Origin: Alloascoidea hylecoeti
Lineage: Eukaryota
Reading direction: 5' to 3'
NCBI GenBank assembly: GCA_001600815.1
Contig: BCKZ01000002.1
Coordinates: forward strand, 763,454-827,453
Length of the DNA: 64,000 nucleotides
The first letter of the stretch is position 1. The number at the start of each line of letters is the position of its first letter. The notes under the pieces were generated by a model. That model saw nothing but the letters and a program-made list of their open reading frames with translations, had not been told where the DNA came from and made no database searches. Shown piece by piece: positions 49,816-60,915 of this stretch. The translations under genes and the position numbers were made by a program.

Positions 49816-50550
49816 ATGAGCCAGGCAGAAATATCCACGAAGACTGTCTTTTTGTACGTCCCAAACATCATCGGATACCTGCGGGTGTTGTTCACCTTCA
49901 TTTCCCTCCTTTACATGAAAAACCACCCGGTGACGTGTATGGCCTACTACAGCTTGTCCTCCATACTGGATGCTCTGGACGGATACGCCGCAAGAAGACT
50001 CAACCAATCCTCGAGTTTCGGAGCTATTCTGGATATGGTAACAGACCGATGTACCACAGCCTGTCTCGTCAGTTATTTATGTGTCTTGTACCCTGCTTGG
50101 GCTCTTTTATTTCAATTACTCGGAGCTTTGGACTTGGCTTCCCATTACATGCACATTTACGCCAGCTTGTCAATGGGCCAGGGTTCCCATAAGACTGTTA
50201 AGAAAGAAGAAAATTGGTTTTTATATTATTATTACTCTAAAAAACCTATTCTTTTTACAATGTGTGCTGCAAATGAATTATTTTTCGTGGCCTTATATTT
50301 AGCGGCTTTTCCTTCTCATATCGGTCCAAAATTTGGTGAAATTGAAATTTTTGATCAAACTTTTAATATTAATATAGCTACTTTATTAGTTGCTTTTAAT
50401 TTCCCTTTATGGTTTGGGAAACAATTAGCTAATGTCATTCAAATGGAAAGGGCTGCGGTTTTATTAGCTAGAAATGATGTTGAAAAGAAATTAGATTCTT
50501 TAAAAAAGGAATCAAAACCTTTGATTGAAAAAGATGAAAAATCTGATTAA
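49816..50550 (+). CDS. PIS1: Phosphatidylinositol synthase
   Basis: VFLYVPNIIGYLR, LDALDGYAARRLNQSSSFGAILDMVTDR (CDP-alcohol phosphotransferase motif), DLASHYMH.YASL, SHK. Confidence 0.97.
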   Translation: MSQAEISTKTVFLYVPNIIGYLRVLFTFISLLYMKNHPVTCMAYYSLSSILDALDGYAARRLNQSSSFGAILDMVTDRCTTACLVSYLCVLYPAWALLFQLLGALDLASHYMHIYASLSMGQGSHKTVKKEENWFLYYYYSKKPILFTMCAANELFFVALYLAAFPSHIGPKFGEIEIFDQTFNINIATLLVAFNFPLWFGKQLANVIQMERAAVLLARNDVEKKLDSLKKESKPLIEKDEKSD

Positions 50551-50849
50551 CTTTTAAATCATAACTAATTTATTAAACTATAACTAATCTACTAGAATAA
50601 TAGTATACTTTGAAAACTAGTATAATATAACATGAATATTATTTTAGAAATATAATAATTTTGATCTGGATTTTCGTTTGGGTATCACGTGAATCTCTAT
50701 GACTAACACAAGGAACTCAGGAAACAAAGGTCAATTGGTGTGCTATATAACATCAGTTACATATTATTAGATATAGAGATTTTTCACACTAAGTGCGGCT
50801 TCCACATTTCATTATATATTCTTCACTTATAAGGTTAGGAAATATATCT

Positions 50850-51030
50850 GATTTCCACTTAATTTCGGCCACTTTGGATTATATATACAGTATAAATAGT
50901 GTACTCGAAATCGGAACTGTGGATTCTTTTGTTCCGAAGCCGGAACGTGGCCGGATAAAACTCAAAAAGTTGCCGGACGCTAGGTTCAAAATCCAAATAT
51001 TTCACATGGCCGAAGATTTAGTCCACATTA
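50850..51030. mobile_element. MITE family B-related short element
   Basis: Left end TTTCCACTTAATTTCGGCCA (50852-50871) is identical to 61921-61940. Degenerate right end TGGCCGAAGATTTAGT (from 51007); internal GTGGCCGGA repeat. Confidence 0.6.
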
Positions 51031-52915
51031 TGTGCATTGCCTATCTAAGCCACAACGCCATCTACATTCTTAATGTTAGTTTCAACTTCCAAGCAGCAGA
51101 CTGCTCCGAATTAAGATCCCTATACGCTGAACCACTTTCAACAATGATACAACACCACCAGTGGTCGTCTAGATCTAGAATAAACTTGCAATTGCCACTT
51201 TTCCTTCCACACATTAATCTCTCACTGCACAACGGAATCTTGTGAATAACCTTCAATCCACTGCTAATCCCATATCAAAACCTCCTTCACAATAGTAATA
51301 ACTTGAGTTTATAAGTCTTCCAAAGAACTTATTTTTAACTATACGCCTTAAGCTTATGTCAGAAATTCTTCGAATATATGCAATGCATATCTCGTACCTG
51401 CATGAACTATGTGCTATCTAAGGTCATCATCTCCAACGATATGCTAACTTAGCACAATTGATGCACTCCTATGTAGTAGTATGCATGTAACTGCACAATT
51501 CAACTATATTCTCGCGGATGTCCATGGATTAATGGTTGGAGGCGTCAAAAATTGTGGAAAAATGGTTAAATTGTAAAATGTGTTAAGACCCTCTTAAATC
51601 TGAGAGCTTCATAGCACACCCAACCACTGCATGGACAGGCTGTGATAGGGAATTTTCAGGAGTACCATATGCAATGCTTGAGAATATTACTTTTATACAG
51701 TAATATGTAGTAATACATATTTCTATATATATCATGATACCTACACAAGTGATCACCATTCACATGCTTCATTAGTTAACTCATTTTAATAGCACATCGC
51801 TGTGAAGCAGTTGGCTAAGTAATGCAAGTTGACCTTTTAGTAAATAATAATAAATAGCCTTACACTAATTATGGCTAAGTTAATACATTAATTGAAGATG
51901 GCCTAACGATTTTTGTAAAAGTAAATTAAAAAGTATAGAGGATAGAGAATAACTTTACCCCTCCCAGACTACTTAGAAACCGGTAATAATGCAATCGAAA
52001 ATTAGTTATGGGGATGGCTGATCATTATTAATCAGTAAGGCCTAAAGTAAGTGGAATCACTGTAATTAAAATGTTTAAAGCTCTCGAACTCTAGAACAAC
52101 ATTGGAATTGTAGTACTATTATCAATTATTATATTATTAAATTATTCAAGACCTGCTTCTAAAGACTTTTAAAATAGAAAATCTTTTATTTGTGTTTGTT
52201 TTCTTTTGGATGAAGATTAAGTTAAAGGTGAAGTTGAAGATGGTATCGATCGCATTTGAAAATCATCATTGCGCGTGCTAGGTATAACAATTTGTTCATT
52301 TACAAAGGCACGATATATAATGTTTCACGAAATAAGCATTCAGTGTCCTTTTCACTCTTGCCCAATTTCGTCTTCTTCATCAACGTTAACTCAACAGGCC
52401 CAGTTATCAAAGCTTGCTGCCAAACATTTGATAAAGCTTCATTTAAAACCAATCTTTGGGGATGTTAAAAAGTCCAGGGAGGTATTCCTTTATCTGTTAC
52501 TCTTGAAATTGATATTAGTCTATCAATCAAATCTGGGATTGCCTTGCTGACAAACAATAAATCACTTGTATTTATTAAACGCGTACGTGTATTAATTACA
52601 TAATAAACATCCAGTTGATAATTAACGATATAGCTAATATTAATTAGAGTAGGTGGTTCACAAACACAAACAAGATTCATATGATTTTTTTTGCTTTAAA
52701 GAAAACCAATTTATTAATTAATCATTTAAATATAAAAAAAAAATAAAAACTAATTAAAAAACGTTAAACTAAAATTATAATTCTGTAACCCTATCTCGAA
52801 TTGCAAATTTTATAAAATAAGAAATTAAAGCGCTCACAAACACAAAGACAAATAAATTTAATAAAAATAGAAAAATGCATCATTATTTATAGAGAAATCA
52901 AATGGTAAAAAAAAG

Positions 52916-52946
<31 letters not shown>

Positions 52947-53011
52947 TTATAATTGAAATAAAAATAAAAATAAAAATAAAAATAAAAGAAGGAAAGAAAG
53001 AAAGAAAGAAA
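52916..53011. repeat. Compound microsatellite (AT)n, (AAAAT)n, (GAAA)n
   Basis: Visible directly, downstream of the TRP-like gene. Confidence 0.9.
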
Positions 53012-53192
53012 GCAAAAAAATCAATATTATTATTAGTTATGCATTTGAAATTGAAATGATAATTGTATCTTTTAAAATTTTAATTAATTTAACAAGTTCA
53101 GATTTTCTTTTCTTTTAAATTTTAATAATAAATATTCATCCATCATGAATATATATTTGTCGAGATCATTATCGTAATTAATTTATTATTAT

Positions 53193-56100
53193 TTATTCTT
53201 TTTCCTTTCGTTTGTTTTCATTTTCTAAATCTTTTTCAACTTCATTAGCATCTAACCATTCATAATCATTTAATTTTTCAAAATCAAAAAATTCTTCTTC
53301 GGCAGCACTTTCTAAATTATTACCAATTGATCCAAATCTTGAATGAGATTGAGAAGTTGAACTTGGATTTGAATAAGATGTTGATGCAGTATTTGGTATT
53401 AATCTTGATGTACTTGATACACTATGATTATGTGAATGATTACCTTTATTATTTATTTCAAGAATTGTTTCACGAATTTTACCATTTGATTCATTATTTA
53501 ATCGAAAATGATGTAAATTTGACACCGTTGAACTATTATTCGCTATTAAAGAAGATGTTGAAGTTTGTCTTATATGTTGCGGTTCTTTATTATTAATATA
53601 TTCCTCATCATCATCAGTTGAAAGTATATTTATTATTGTTGGTGATATTAAAGGAGAAGATGTTTTTATATCATTTTCTTCATCAGATGATGATTCTACT
53701 TTCCTCATTGTTGTTGTTGTAGATGTTTTTGGATCAATTGACATTGTTCTATATGCATTAGTATCCAATGTTGTTATTTTATTAACCATCTCAGTAGATC
53801 TTGTAACAATTAAACCAGGTTTCTTAATTTGTGTACCAACAATTAATTGTTTTGGTCTTGACACTTCAAATCCACCACTTTTTCCAATATTATCATTTTT
53901 ATTCTTTGATGGCCATCCAAATTTAGAAACAACATTTTTAACTGAGTTAAATAATGATCCACCAATATTTTTATCTTTATTATTATTATATTTTAATTGT
54001 TGATACATCTCAACACCTTGATTACTCCAATTTCTATTATGACTATTAATTCCTTCTTGCCATAGTCTATCCATTTCTTCTGTATTATTATTTTCACCAT
54101 GTGATGGTGGTGAAGTGGATTTTGTTAAGCCATAGAAAAAATTCATATCACTTTCTCTTGTTGCATAATCAATACCTTCTTTTTTAAACCATAGTGAATC
54201 ATGGGTATCACGTTTAGGAATTTTCCGATCACCTTCAGTTGTACCAATTGTATTTCTTGATTTTGAACGATGATGTAAGCTATCATAATCATCATCATCA
54301 TAATCATTATCTGATGAATAAGCATCAGAATCAGAAATATCTTTTGATATCTTTCGAATATTATTATCATCTTGATCAATAACAATACTATATTCATTAT
54401 TATTTCTTGAATTATGATTATATTTTTCAGGTTTTATCAAAGCATCTCTTGGTTTTCTATAAAAATTTCCAGTTGCACCACTTGAATCTAATAATAAAGC
54501 ATTATTTGGTGATAAAGTATTATTATCAACTATATCATAAGTAGAAGTTCTAGTATTTGTCATACCAACAGGACTTAATGGATTCATCATTGAAACACCT
54601 CTATTATTTGCTAAAGTTAAGGTATCATCAAATCTAGAAGTTCTTCTTGATTGATCTGTTGTTGTATTAACACCAGTACTATTTGCTTGTAAACCATTTG
54701 TTGTTGGAACACCATTATTATCGAACGTTGTTAAAGTTGCTAATGTGAAAACATCAGCAGATGAAGCTCTTAATCTTTGTAATTCAATTGAATCAAAATT
54801 ATTATTTATTGTACCTAAACGACCTTCTCTTTTTCTAACAACAGCAGGAGAATAATCATTATTTGGATTATTTCCAATACTAAATCGATTTGAAAATCTT
54901 GATGATGAAGAAAATTTAATAAATATAAGTTCAACGATTACTTGAATTATATGAAGGCCATAAATTATTAATAATGTTAAAGCACATAAACCAAGTATAA
55001 CATAACCAATTATATCTCTTATTGCAATTGCATTAAATACTGAATTTGTTGAATTAATTGTTGATATTAACGGAATTAATAAAATTAATAATATGAATTC
55101 AACAGTTGATAATAACGAATGAATTAAATTTTGTGAAGTTGATGATTCATAAGGTTGTATAATTAAAATTGAAATTATATAAAAAAATTGATTTATTATT
55201 AATAATGATAATTGAACTAAAGGATTTCTAATTGTTCCTAAAAAAATTGATCTTAAAAATAAAAAAACAATTTCAATAAATGAAAATGCAAAAGGATTTG
55301 ATCTTATTGATGAAGATGATGATAAATAATTTGAATTAAAATGTGTTCTTGTTGAAGGTGTTGAAGTTGATGATGCATCTCTATGATTATTATAAAGTGA
55401 ACCCCATATTAGTATAACATTTATATTATTTGATAATTCATATTTTCTTGTTGAATTAAAAACATAAAAATAATGATAAAATAATATGAGGAATGACCAT
55501 AGAACTAAAACAACAATCATTATTGCAGAATATGCAGTTGATAATTCTCCATCATTTAAATCATCTTTACTTGAATCATAATGTCTTGACCAATTTGTAA
55601 AGTGAGCTGGTAAATTATGTTGAGCTTGTTCAGATTTAAAAGCTAAAGTTGATAAAGAATAAAAAATAAAAGTTAAAAAAGGTAATGAAAATAATTGATA
55701 CCAAATTCTTATTAATAAACCAGCAATAAAACATAACTTTTTTTTAATTAATGGAAATAATTTTTTCTTTTCATTATTATTATTAATATTATCATTTGAA
55801 TAATCAATACTTGATGATGAAGATGATAATTTTTTTTTAATCCATGATAAAAATATTAAAAATTCACCAATGACAATAATGAGTGCCGAAAATATTAATA
55901 AATTTCTCATAAATAATGGCCATAAATTAACTAATTGAGTATCGAGTATAGTCATTAATCCACCACCATAATAGCCATCATAATTATCATTATCTACATC
56001 ATAAAAAATTTTAGGAAATAGTACGGTCCATGCTAAAGACCTCATGACATTATTCCAGTAACCTGGAAATCTAACAGGGATTGAACCAATTAGTACTATA

Positions 56101-56825
56101 AATTGTAAGAACTTCATGAATGATGTCAAACCAGGAGTTATTAAACGAACTAATTCTTGATTTCCAATTAATGAAGCACTAATCATATAAATATTACGAG
56201 AAAAGCCCAAACCAGATAATAGTAAGCCCATGAAATTAACGAGAAATAATAAAATTGCTAAGCCAAAAGTTGAAAAAAGAATTGCACTTGTTATATTTGA
56301 AGAAAAGGATGGAGTTGATATTACATAAGCGCAAGCCATTCTGTTTGTTGTTTCATTTCCAGTAGAAGTTAAAGCGACAGGACTTAGTAAAACAAAACGA
56401 GTCGATACGTCTACTAGTGGAACGATTGTGTGGCCAGAATGGGTGGTGATTGATATTTGAAAAGTATCATTTGCAGCCAAGGGACACTGAGGAGAGTCTT
56501 CGGTCAATAATGAGCAAAAACGAGTATATTTATCATAAATCATCGAGTTTATGAGCTTCGTCTGGACTCTCAGAGTTGTGTATAGATTTGAGGTCTCGTT
56601 AAGATCTATAATGGGGGAGTAAGTAGTCCCGTTAAGAAGGTATTGAAGAGTGCCATTTGAATTGAAGGTGTGGTCCGAATTATACCAGTGGACCGTGTCC
56701 AGGGATCTGTCTGGCGAGGGGGCGGCGGACTTGGACCAGTCGAGGGAAGAGCACGGGATCAGGGGGTCGGACTGGGCAGAGGAGATCAAGACGGTAAGCA
56801 ACAGCACAAACAGCCAGCGCCTCAT
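53193..56825 (-). CDS. TRP-like (Flc/Pkd2 family) multi-pass membrane protein with N-terminal ML-like domain
   Basis: Signal peptide, Cys-containing lumenal domain (YTTL...FC......CPL), LVRLITPG....LQFIVLIG....FPG, multiple TM helices, FYRKPR and DYATRESD motifs in a long low-complexity tail. Confidence 0.75.
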   Translation of the reverse strand: MRRWLFVLLLTVLISSAQSDPLIPCSSLDWSKSAAPSPDRSLDTVHWYNSDHTFNSNGTLQYLLNGTTYSPIIDLNETSNLYTTLRVQTKLINSMIYDKYTRFCSLLTEDSPQCPLAANDTFQISITTHSGHTIVPLVDVSTRFVLLSPVALTSTGNETTNRMACAYVISTPSFSSNITSAILFSTFGLAILLFLVNFMGLLLSGLGFSRNIYMISASLIGNQELVRLITPGLTSFMKFLQFIVLIGSIPVRFPGYWNNVMRSLAWTVLFPKIFYDVDNDNYDGYYGGGLMTILDTQLVNLWPLFMRNLLIFSALIIVIGEFLIFLSWIKKKLSSSSSSIDYSNDNINNNNEKKKLFPLIKKKLCFIAGLLIRIWYQLFSLPFLTFIFYSLSTLAFKSEQAQHNLPAHFTNWSRHYDSSKDDLNDGELSTAYSAIMIVVLVLWSFLILFYHYFYVFNSTRKYELSNNINVILIWGSLYNNHRDASSTSTPSTRTHFNSNYLSSSSSIRSNPFAFSFIEIVFLFLRSIFLGTIRNPLVQLSLLIINQFFYIISILIIQPYESSTSQNLIHSLLSTVEFILLILLIPLISTINSTNSVFNAIAIRDIIGYVILGLCALTLLIIYGLHIIQVIVELIFIKFSSSSRFSNRFSIGNNPNNDYSPAVVRKREGRLGTINNNFDSIELQRLRASSADVFTLATLTTFDNNGVPTTNGLQANSTGVNTTTDQSRRTSRFDDTLTLANNRGVSMMNPLSPVGMTNTRTSTYDIVDNNTLSPNNALLLDSSGATGNFYRKPRDALIKPEKYNHNSRNNNEYSIVIDQDDNNIRKISKDISDSDAYSSDNDYDDDDYDSLHHRSKSRNTIGTTEGDRKIPKRDTHDSLWFKKEGIDYATRESDMNFFYGLTKSTSPPSHGENNNTEEMDRLWQEGINSHNRNWSNQGVEMYQQLKYNNNKDKNIGGSLFNSVKNVVSKFGWPSKNKNDNIGKSGGFEVSRPKQLIVGTQIKKPGLIVTRSTEMVNKITTLDTNAYRTMSIDPKTSTTTTMRKVESSSDEENDIKTSSPLISPTIINILSTDDDEEYINNKEPQHIRQTSTSSLIANNSSTVSNLHHFRLNNESNGKIRETILEINNKGNHSHNHSVSSTSRLIPNTASTSYSNPSSTSQSHSRFGSIGNNLESAAEEEFFDFEKLNDYEWLDANEVEKDLENENKRKEKE

Positions 56826-56985
56826 CGCATTCTCAAGGTTGGAGGACTAATGTTTCTTCGGGCCAAAATCTGGCAATAGGCTGAGGGAGGTGGACGGGTG
56901 TTACCCAGCCTCGCAGCATGGCCGCGGTTACCCGGACACGATGCATACGGGACCAAACATTTCCCACGGTACTGTCGCAATCGCA

Positions 56986-58482
56986 ATGCTGGGCATCAAC
57001 TTCAACCAGGACTCCTCGTGTCTGGCCGTGGCCTCCACCAATGGCTACCGCATCTTCAACTGCGACCCTTTCGGCCAGTGCTTCAACGCAGACTCCCTGA
57101 ACACCAGCGGGACCGGCGGAATAGCCATTGCCGAGATGCTCTTTTCCACCTCCCTCGTCGCGATCGTAGGCGTGGGAGACAGACCCTCAAATTCTCCCAA
57201 AAGACTGCGAATAGTAAACACCAAGAGAAGATCCACCATATGCGAGCTCACCTTTCCGTCCCCGGTCCAGGCCATAAAACTCAACAGAAAGCGTCTGGTT
57301 GCCGTCCTCGAACACCAAATATACATCTATGACATCAGCTGCATGAAATTACTCCATACTATAGAAACCTCCCAATCTTTCTCATATACCCTGAACGCTG
57401 CTTCTCAGTTAACAACAGCCGATAATGACACCGTCACTCCCATATCAAATCGAAATATATGTGATCTAGCTCCTTCCAGTGATAACTGTTATCTGGTATA
57501 TCCCCATTCACAATCCTCCCTCTTGTCTTCTTCCACTGCTGGTGATGTAGTCGTATTTGATACAGTATCCCTTCAGCCAGTAAACGTCATAAAAGCTCAT
57601 AAAGCTCCAATATCAACCCTAACAATAAATAATAATGGCAGTTTATTAGCAACTGCATCAACAAAAGGTACTATTATACGCGTTTGGTCTTTACCAAGTG
57701 GAACCAAAATTGCTGAATTTAGAAGAGGAACTTATCATGCCGATATTAATTACTTAAGGTTTAGTTTGGATTCAAACTTTTTATGTGCTGTTTCAAGTAC
57801 TGGAACCGTTCATGTTTTTAAAATGAAATTATTTGGAAAATTAACTTCTTCAAGTACTACTACAAAGCCTTCAATTTCAAGATCTAGAGAAAGTTCTATA
57901 TCATCATCACATTTAGAAAATGATTCCGGCCATGGATCTAATTCTGATTCATCTCAAGATCATGATCATGATCATAATGATAATACTAATAATAATAATA
58001 ATAAAAAACCCGATACTAATCCTACAACAGAATCTCATGAACAAACAAACGATATATCTGAACTTTCACCTTCAATACCTGTTGAAAATTTAGATTTAAT
58101 ACTTGAATCAAAAAAAAGTTATTCAACTTTTTCAATATCAAATTTTTTACAAAAAGGTTCAAATTTAAAAAAAAATTTAAATTTAAATAATGCAATGGAT
58201 TATTTACCACCTAAATTATCTTCTATTTTAGAACCTGAAAGAGATTTTGCTTTTGTTAAATTATCATCATCAACCTCATCCTCAAGTAATCAAAATAATA
58301 ATAGTAATGCTAATAATAATGGTAATAATAATACTAATGGAAAAGAAAAAATAGTTGCTGCTTTAAGTAATTCATGTCAACATTTAATGATTGCAAGTAC
58401 TGATGGTTCATTTTCTGTTTGTGCTGTAAATTTAGAGAAAGGTGGAGAATGTGTTTTGGTTAAACAGTATAGTTTGTTATAA
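56986..58482 (+). CDS. ATG21: PROPPIN WD40 autophagy protein, Atg21-like (Atg18 not excluded)
   Basis: FNQDSSC, IFNCDPFG, EMLFSTSLVAIVG, ICELTFP, YDISCMKLL, ATASTKGTIIRV, FRRG lipid-binding motif. Start at ATG 56986 (56941 possible). Confidence 0.8.
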   Translation: MLGINFNQDSSCLAVASTNGYRIFNCDPFGQCFNADSLNTSGTGGIAIAEMLFSTSLVAIVGVGDRPSNSPKRLRIVNTKRRSTICELTFPSPVQAIKLNRKRLVAVLEHQIYIYDISCMKLLHTIETSQSFSYTLNAASQLTTADNDTVTPISNRNICDLAPSSDNCYLVYPHSQSSLLSSSTAGDVVVFDTVSLQPVNVIKAHKAPISTLTINNNGSLLATASTKGTIIRVWSLPSGTKIAEFRRGTYHADINYLRFSLDSNFLCAVSSTGTVHVFKMKLFGKLTSSSTTTKPSISRSRESSISSSHLENDSGHGSNSDSSQDHDHDHNDNTNNNNNKKPDTNPTTESHEQTNDISELSPSIPVENLDLILESKKSYSTFSISNFLQKGSNLKKNLNLNNAMDYLPPKLSSILEPERDFAFVKLSSSTSSSSNQNNNSNANNNGNNNTNGKEKIVAALSNSCQHLMIASTDGSFSVCAVNLEKGGECVLVKQYSLL

Positions 58483-59862
58483 TAGTTATATTAGTTATAT
58501 ATAAGCATATTCATCAATCATATAATTTTAAATATATTCTAGGTTTAATGTTTGTTTTATAAATATTCATGGTAAGAGCTTATCAGTTAAAGATAAGGGA
58601 TCTTTCGTTAATGTTTACGAAATTTTGATACATGTAGAATATATCTTATAATTTTTATCACTTCTATATATATCTGATCTTGATTTCTTATTAATTATAA
58701 TATTCAACCGTCAAAGATAAAATCACTATGTTGTTCAAAGAGTATTCATCCCGATAGTTTCTTAACGACGGCCTGCCCGTTCTAAGTATTATGATCATAA
58801 ACAACCTAAATGATTTTAATCATAAACAATCTAACCAGCGTTGGACTTGACTTAAATGAAGCTCAGAGTTTTGGAACCACCATTGTTATTCTGAGAAGTG
58901 CTAAAGGCTTCGTTTATTTCTGTATCAGGAAAGTTTAATGAGAGATTGTTATAATAATAATATATTATATTATATCAATCGAGGACTTAGATTGTAGATT
59001 GTAGAGTGAATTTATGAAGGGAAAATCTCTTCTTTATATATAACTAATTTCTATAAAGACAAATAAAGAATAAAATAAAATTCTATCCACCAATATGCAT
59101 ATATGAAATCTATACTTCATCTTTCCATATATATGAAAGGTATTTATTTCATTTCAATCGATGACTAGAATCCACCGATGTTATATTTGTAACAATACCT
59201 TCACATATTCTGTCTAGCTAGTGTGAAGAGAGTTTGAAGCAAAAAACGGTAGTTGTTAGAAATGCGAGCGGAACCACAGAAAGGGCTCAAAGTTCCTCAT
59301 ACCCTATTGAAAACCATTGATTCCCATGTTAGGCCCGAAGATGTTGGTCCTTGATATTAATATGCTTATTTGTCCGTATATTTTTAAGTTTGTCTTTAAT
59401 TTGGCGTGTGTACATGTGTTTGTTGTGGTCTTAGAAATTAATTCACACACAAATCATACATATTCTATTAAAGTAGGAGGATACCTTTAACTATATAAAG
59501 AAAAGGATAGTACTTCTTTCTAATGATGTCATTTACAGAGTACAGTCGGATGAATATTCACCGTTAAATCTGCCATATGATAAAGGCCAGCGCTGATTAT
59601 TTTTCACACCTTCTCAATTGGGTTCAGATCTCGAATAATGAGAACAAAATATAAGAACGGGCACGAGTATGTCAGGGAAATATATTAAGATAAGTTGCTT
59701 ATCTATACAGAACATCTAGTGAATTTGATAATGTTGAGCAGACACTTATTTTTGGGTGGCTAACTACACTGTCATGGTCAAGAACATTACCACCATATAC
59801 TAGAAGTATAAGTTATAACACAAATATTTCTATTAAATAGTAGCAATATTCCGTACTCATAA

Positions 59863-60915
59863 TCAATTCTTAACGTCAGAAATTTGTGTGATTAACTTAC
59901 CGGTATTAACGCCTTTGAATAAACCAACCCAAGTCTCTGGTACTTTTTCAAAACTACCAGTAATATTTTTTAAAGTATAACTATGGTCAAGTTTAATTTT
60001 TCCTTCATTAATGTATGTAGTCAAATCATTAAAAGCAGTCGGGAACTCTGACATGTAATCAGTGACAATATAACCTTTAATAACTAGTCGATGAGAAGTG
60101 ATGAAAAACATATTATGTACCCCATTAGTAGGATCGTTATAGTTGGATATACAACCACAAAATACAGTAGTAGCACCAACCGTCATATTGGTAAATGCAG
60201 CATCCATAATTTTACCACCAATGTTTTCAAAATAAAGGTCAATTGTATCCCCTTCCAGAGCTGCTTCTAAATCAGCGGCAAAAGTTAAAGATTTATAGTC
60301 AACACACTTATCGGCTCCCAAAGATTTGACATAATTGCATTTATCTTCTCCACCAGCAATACCAATTACTTTTTTTGCTCCTACAACATTTTTAGCTAGT
60401 TGAATAACAACAGATCCAACTGCTCCAGCTGCACCGGATACCAATATGACCTGGTCTTTGTTAGGCTTGCCTACCCTGAAGAAACCAAAATAGGCGGTCA
60501 ATCCTGTCAAACCCATAACACTTACAAATGTAGTTAAAGGTAAGTCGCTTTCTATTTTGTATAAAAACATATCACCATCTTTTGCTTTAGCTATTTCTGT
60601 CCAGCCAAAGAGACCATAAGCATAATCACCCACAGAATATTTTGATGATTTGGATTCAATCACTCTACCTAGTCCTAAAGATCTCATAACATCCCCTACA
60701 TGGAGCTCAGGTAAATAATTTGCTTTATCAGGAGATACCCATCCTCTTTGAGCAGGTTCATTTGAAAAATAAATAACCTTTACCAAGATTTCATCTTCCT
60801 TTAACTCATCGTATGTTTTTTCAATGATCTTAAACGTTGCATCTTGTGAATTTTGATCAAGAACAATGTCTCCCTCGTGAATTCTGTTGACTAAGATTTG
60901 TTTGGTAGTAGACAT
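59863..60915 (-). CDS. NADP-dependent MDR oxidoreductase (prostaglandin-reductase/YML131W-like)
   Basis: SNEPAQRGW, GLTGLTAYFG, VSGAAGAVGS, GIAGG..KC, YFENIGG, CGCISNYN, G.NTGKL. Confidence 0.9.
   Translation of the reverse strand: MSTTKQILVNRIHEGDIVLDQNSQDATFKIIEKTYDELKEDEILVKVIYFSNEPAQRGWVSPDKANYLPELHVGDVMRSLGLGRVIESKSSKYSVGDYAYGLFGWTEIAKAKDGDMFLYKIESDLPLTTFVSVMGLTGLTAYFGFFRVGKPNKDQVILVSGAAGAVGSVVIQLAKNVVGAKKVIGIAGGEDKCNYVKSLGADKCVDYKSLTFAADLEAALEGDTIDLYFENIGGKIMDAAFTNMTVGATTVFCGCISNYNDPTNGVHNMFFITSHRLVIKGYIVTDYMSEFPTAFNDLTTYINEGKIKLDHSYTLKNITGSFEKVPETWVGLFKGVNTGKLITQISDVKN

Noticed and set aside
49966..49977. Possible CUG codon reassignment (Ser or Ala), as in some yeast clades
   Set aside because: CTG occupies conserved Leu positions in PIS1 (LDALDG, ILDMVTD) and in the PROPPIN (RKRLV), supporting CUG=Leu.
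56500..57400. GC-rich island as horizontal transfer or contamination
   Set aside because: It lies within continuous ORFs of two ordinary fungal genes and grades smoothly into AT-rich codons.
59521..59760. C/D-like boxes and an Sm-like ATTTTTGG after a TATA-like sequence (possible snRNA or telomerase RNA)
   Set aside because: No U1/U2/U4/U5 hallmark or telomere template recognisable; would need an Rfam scan.
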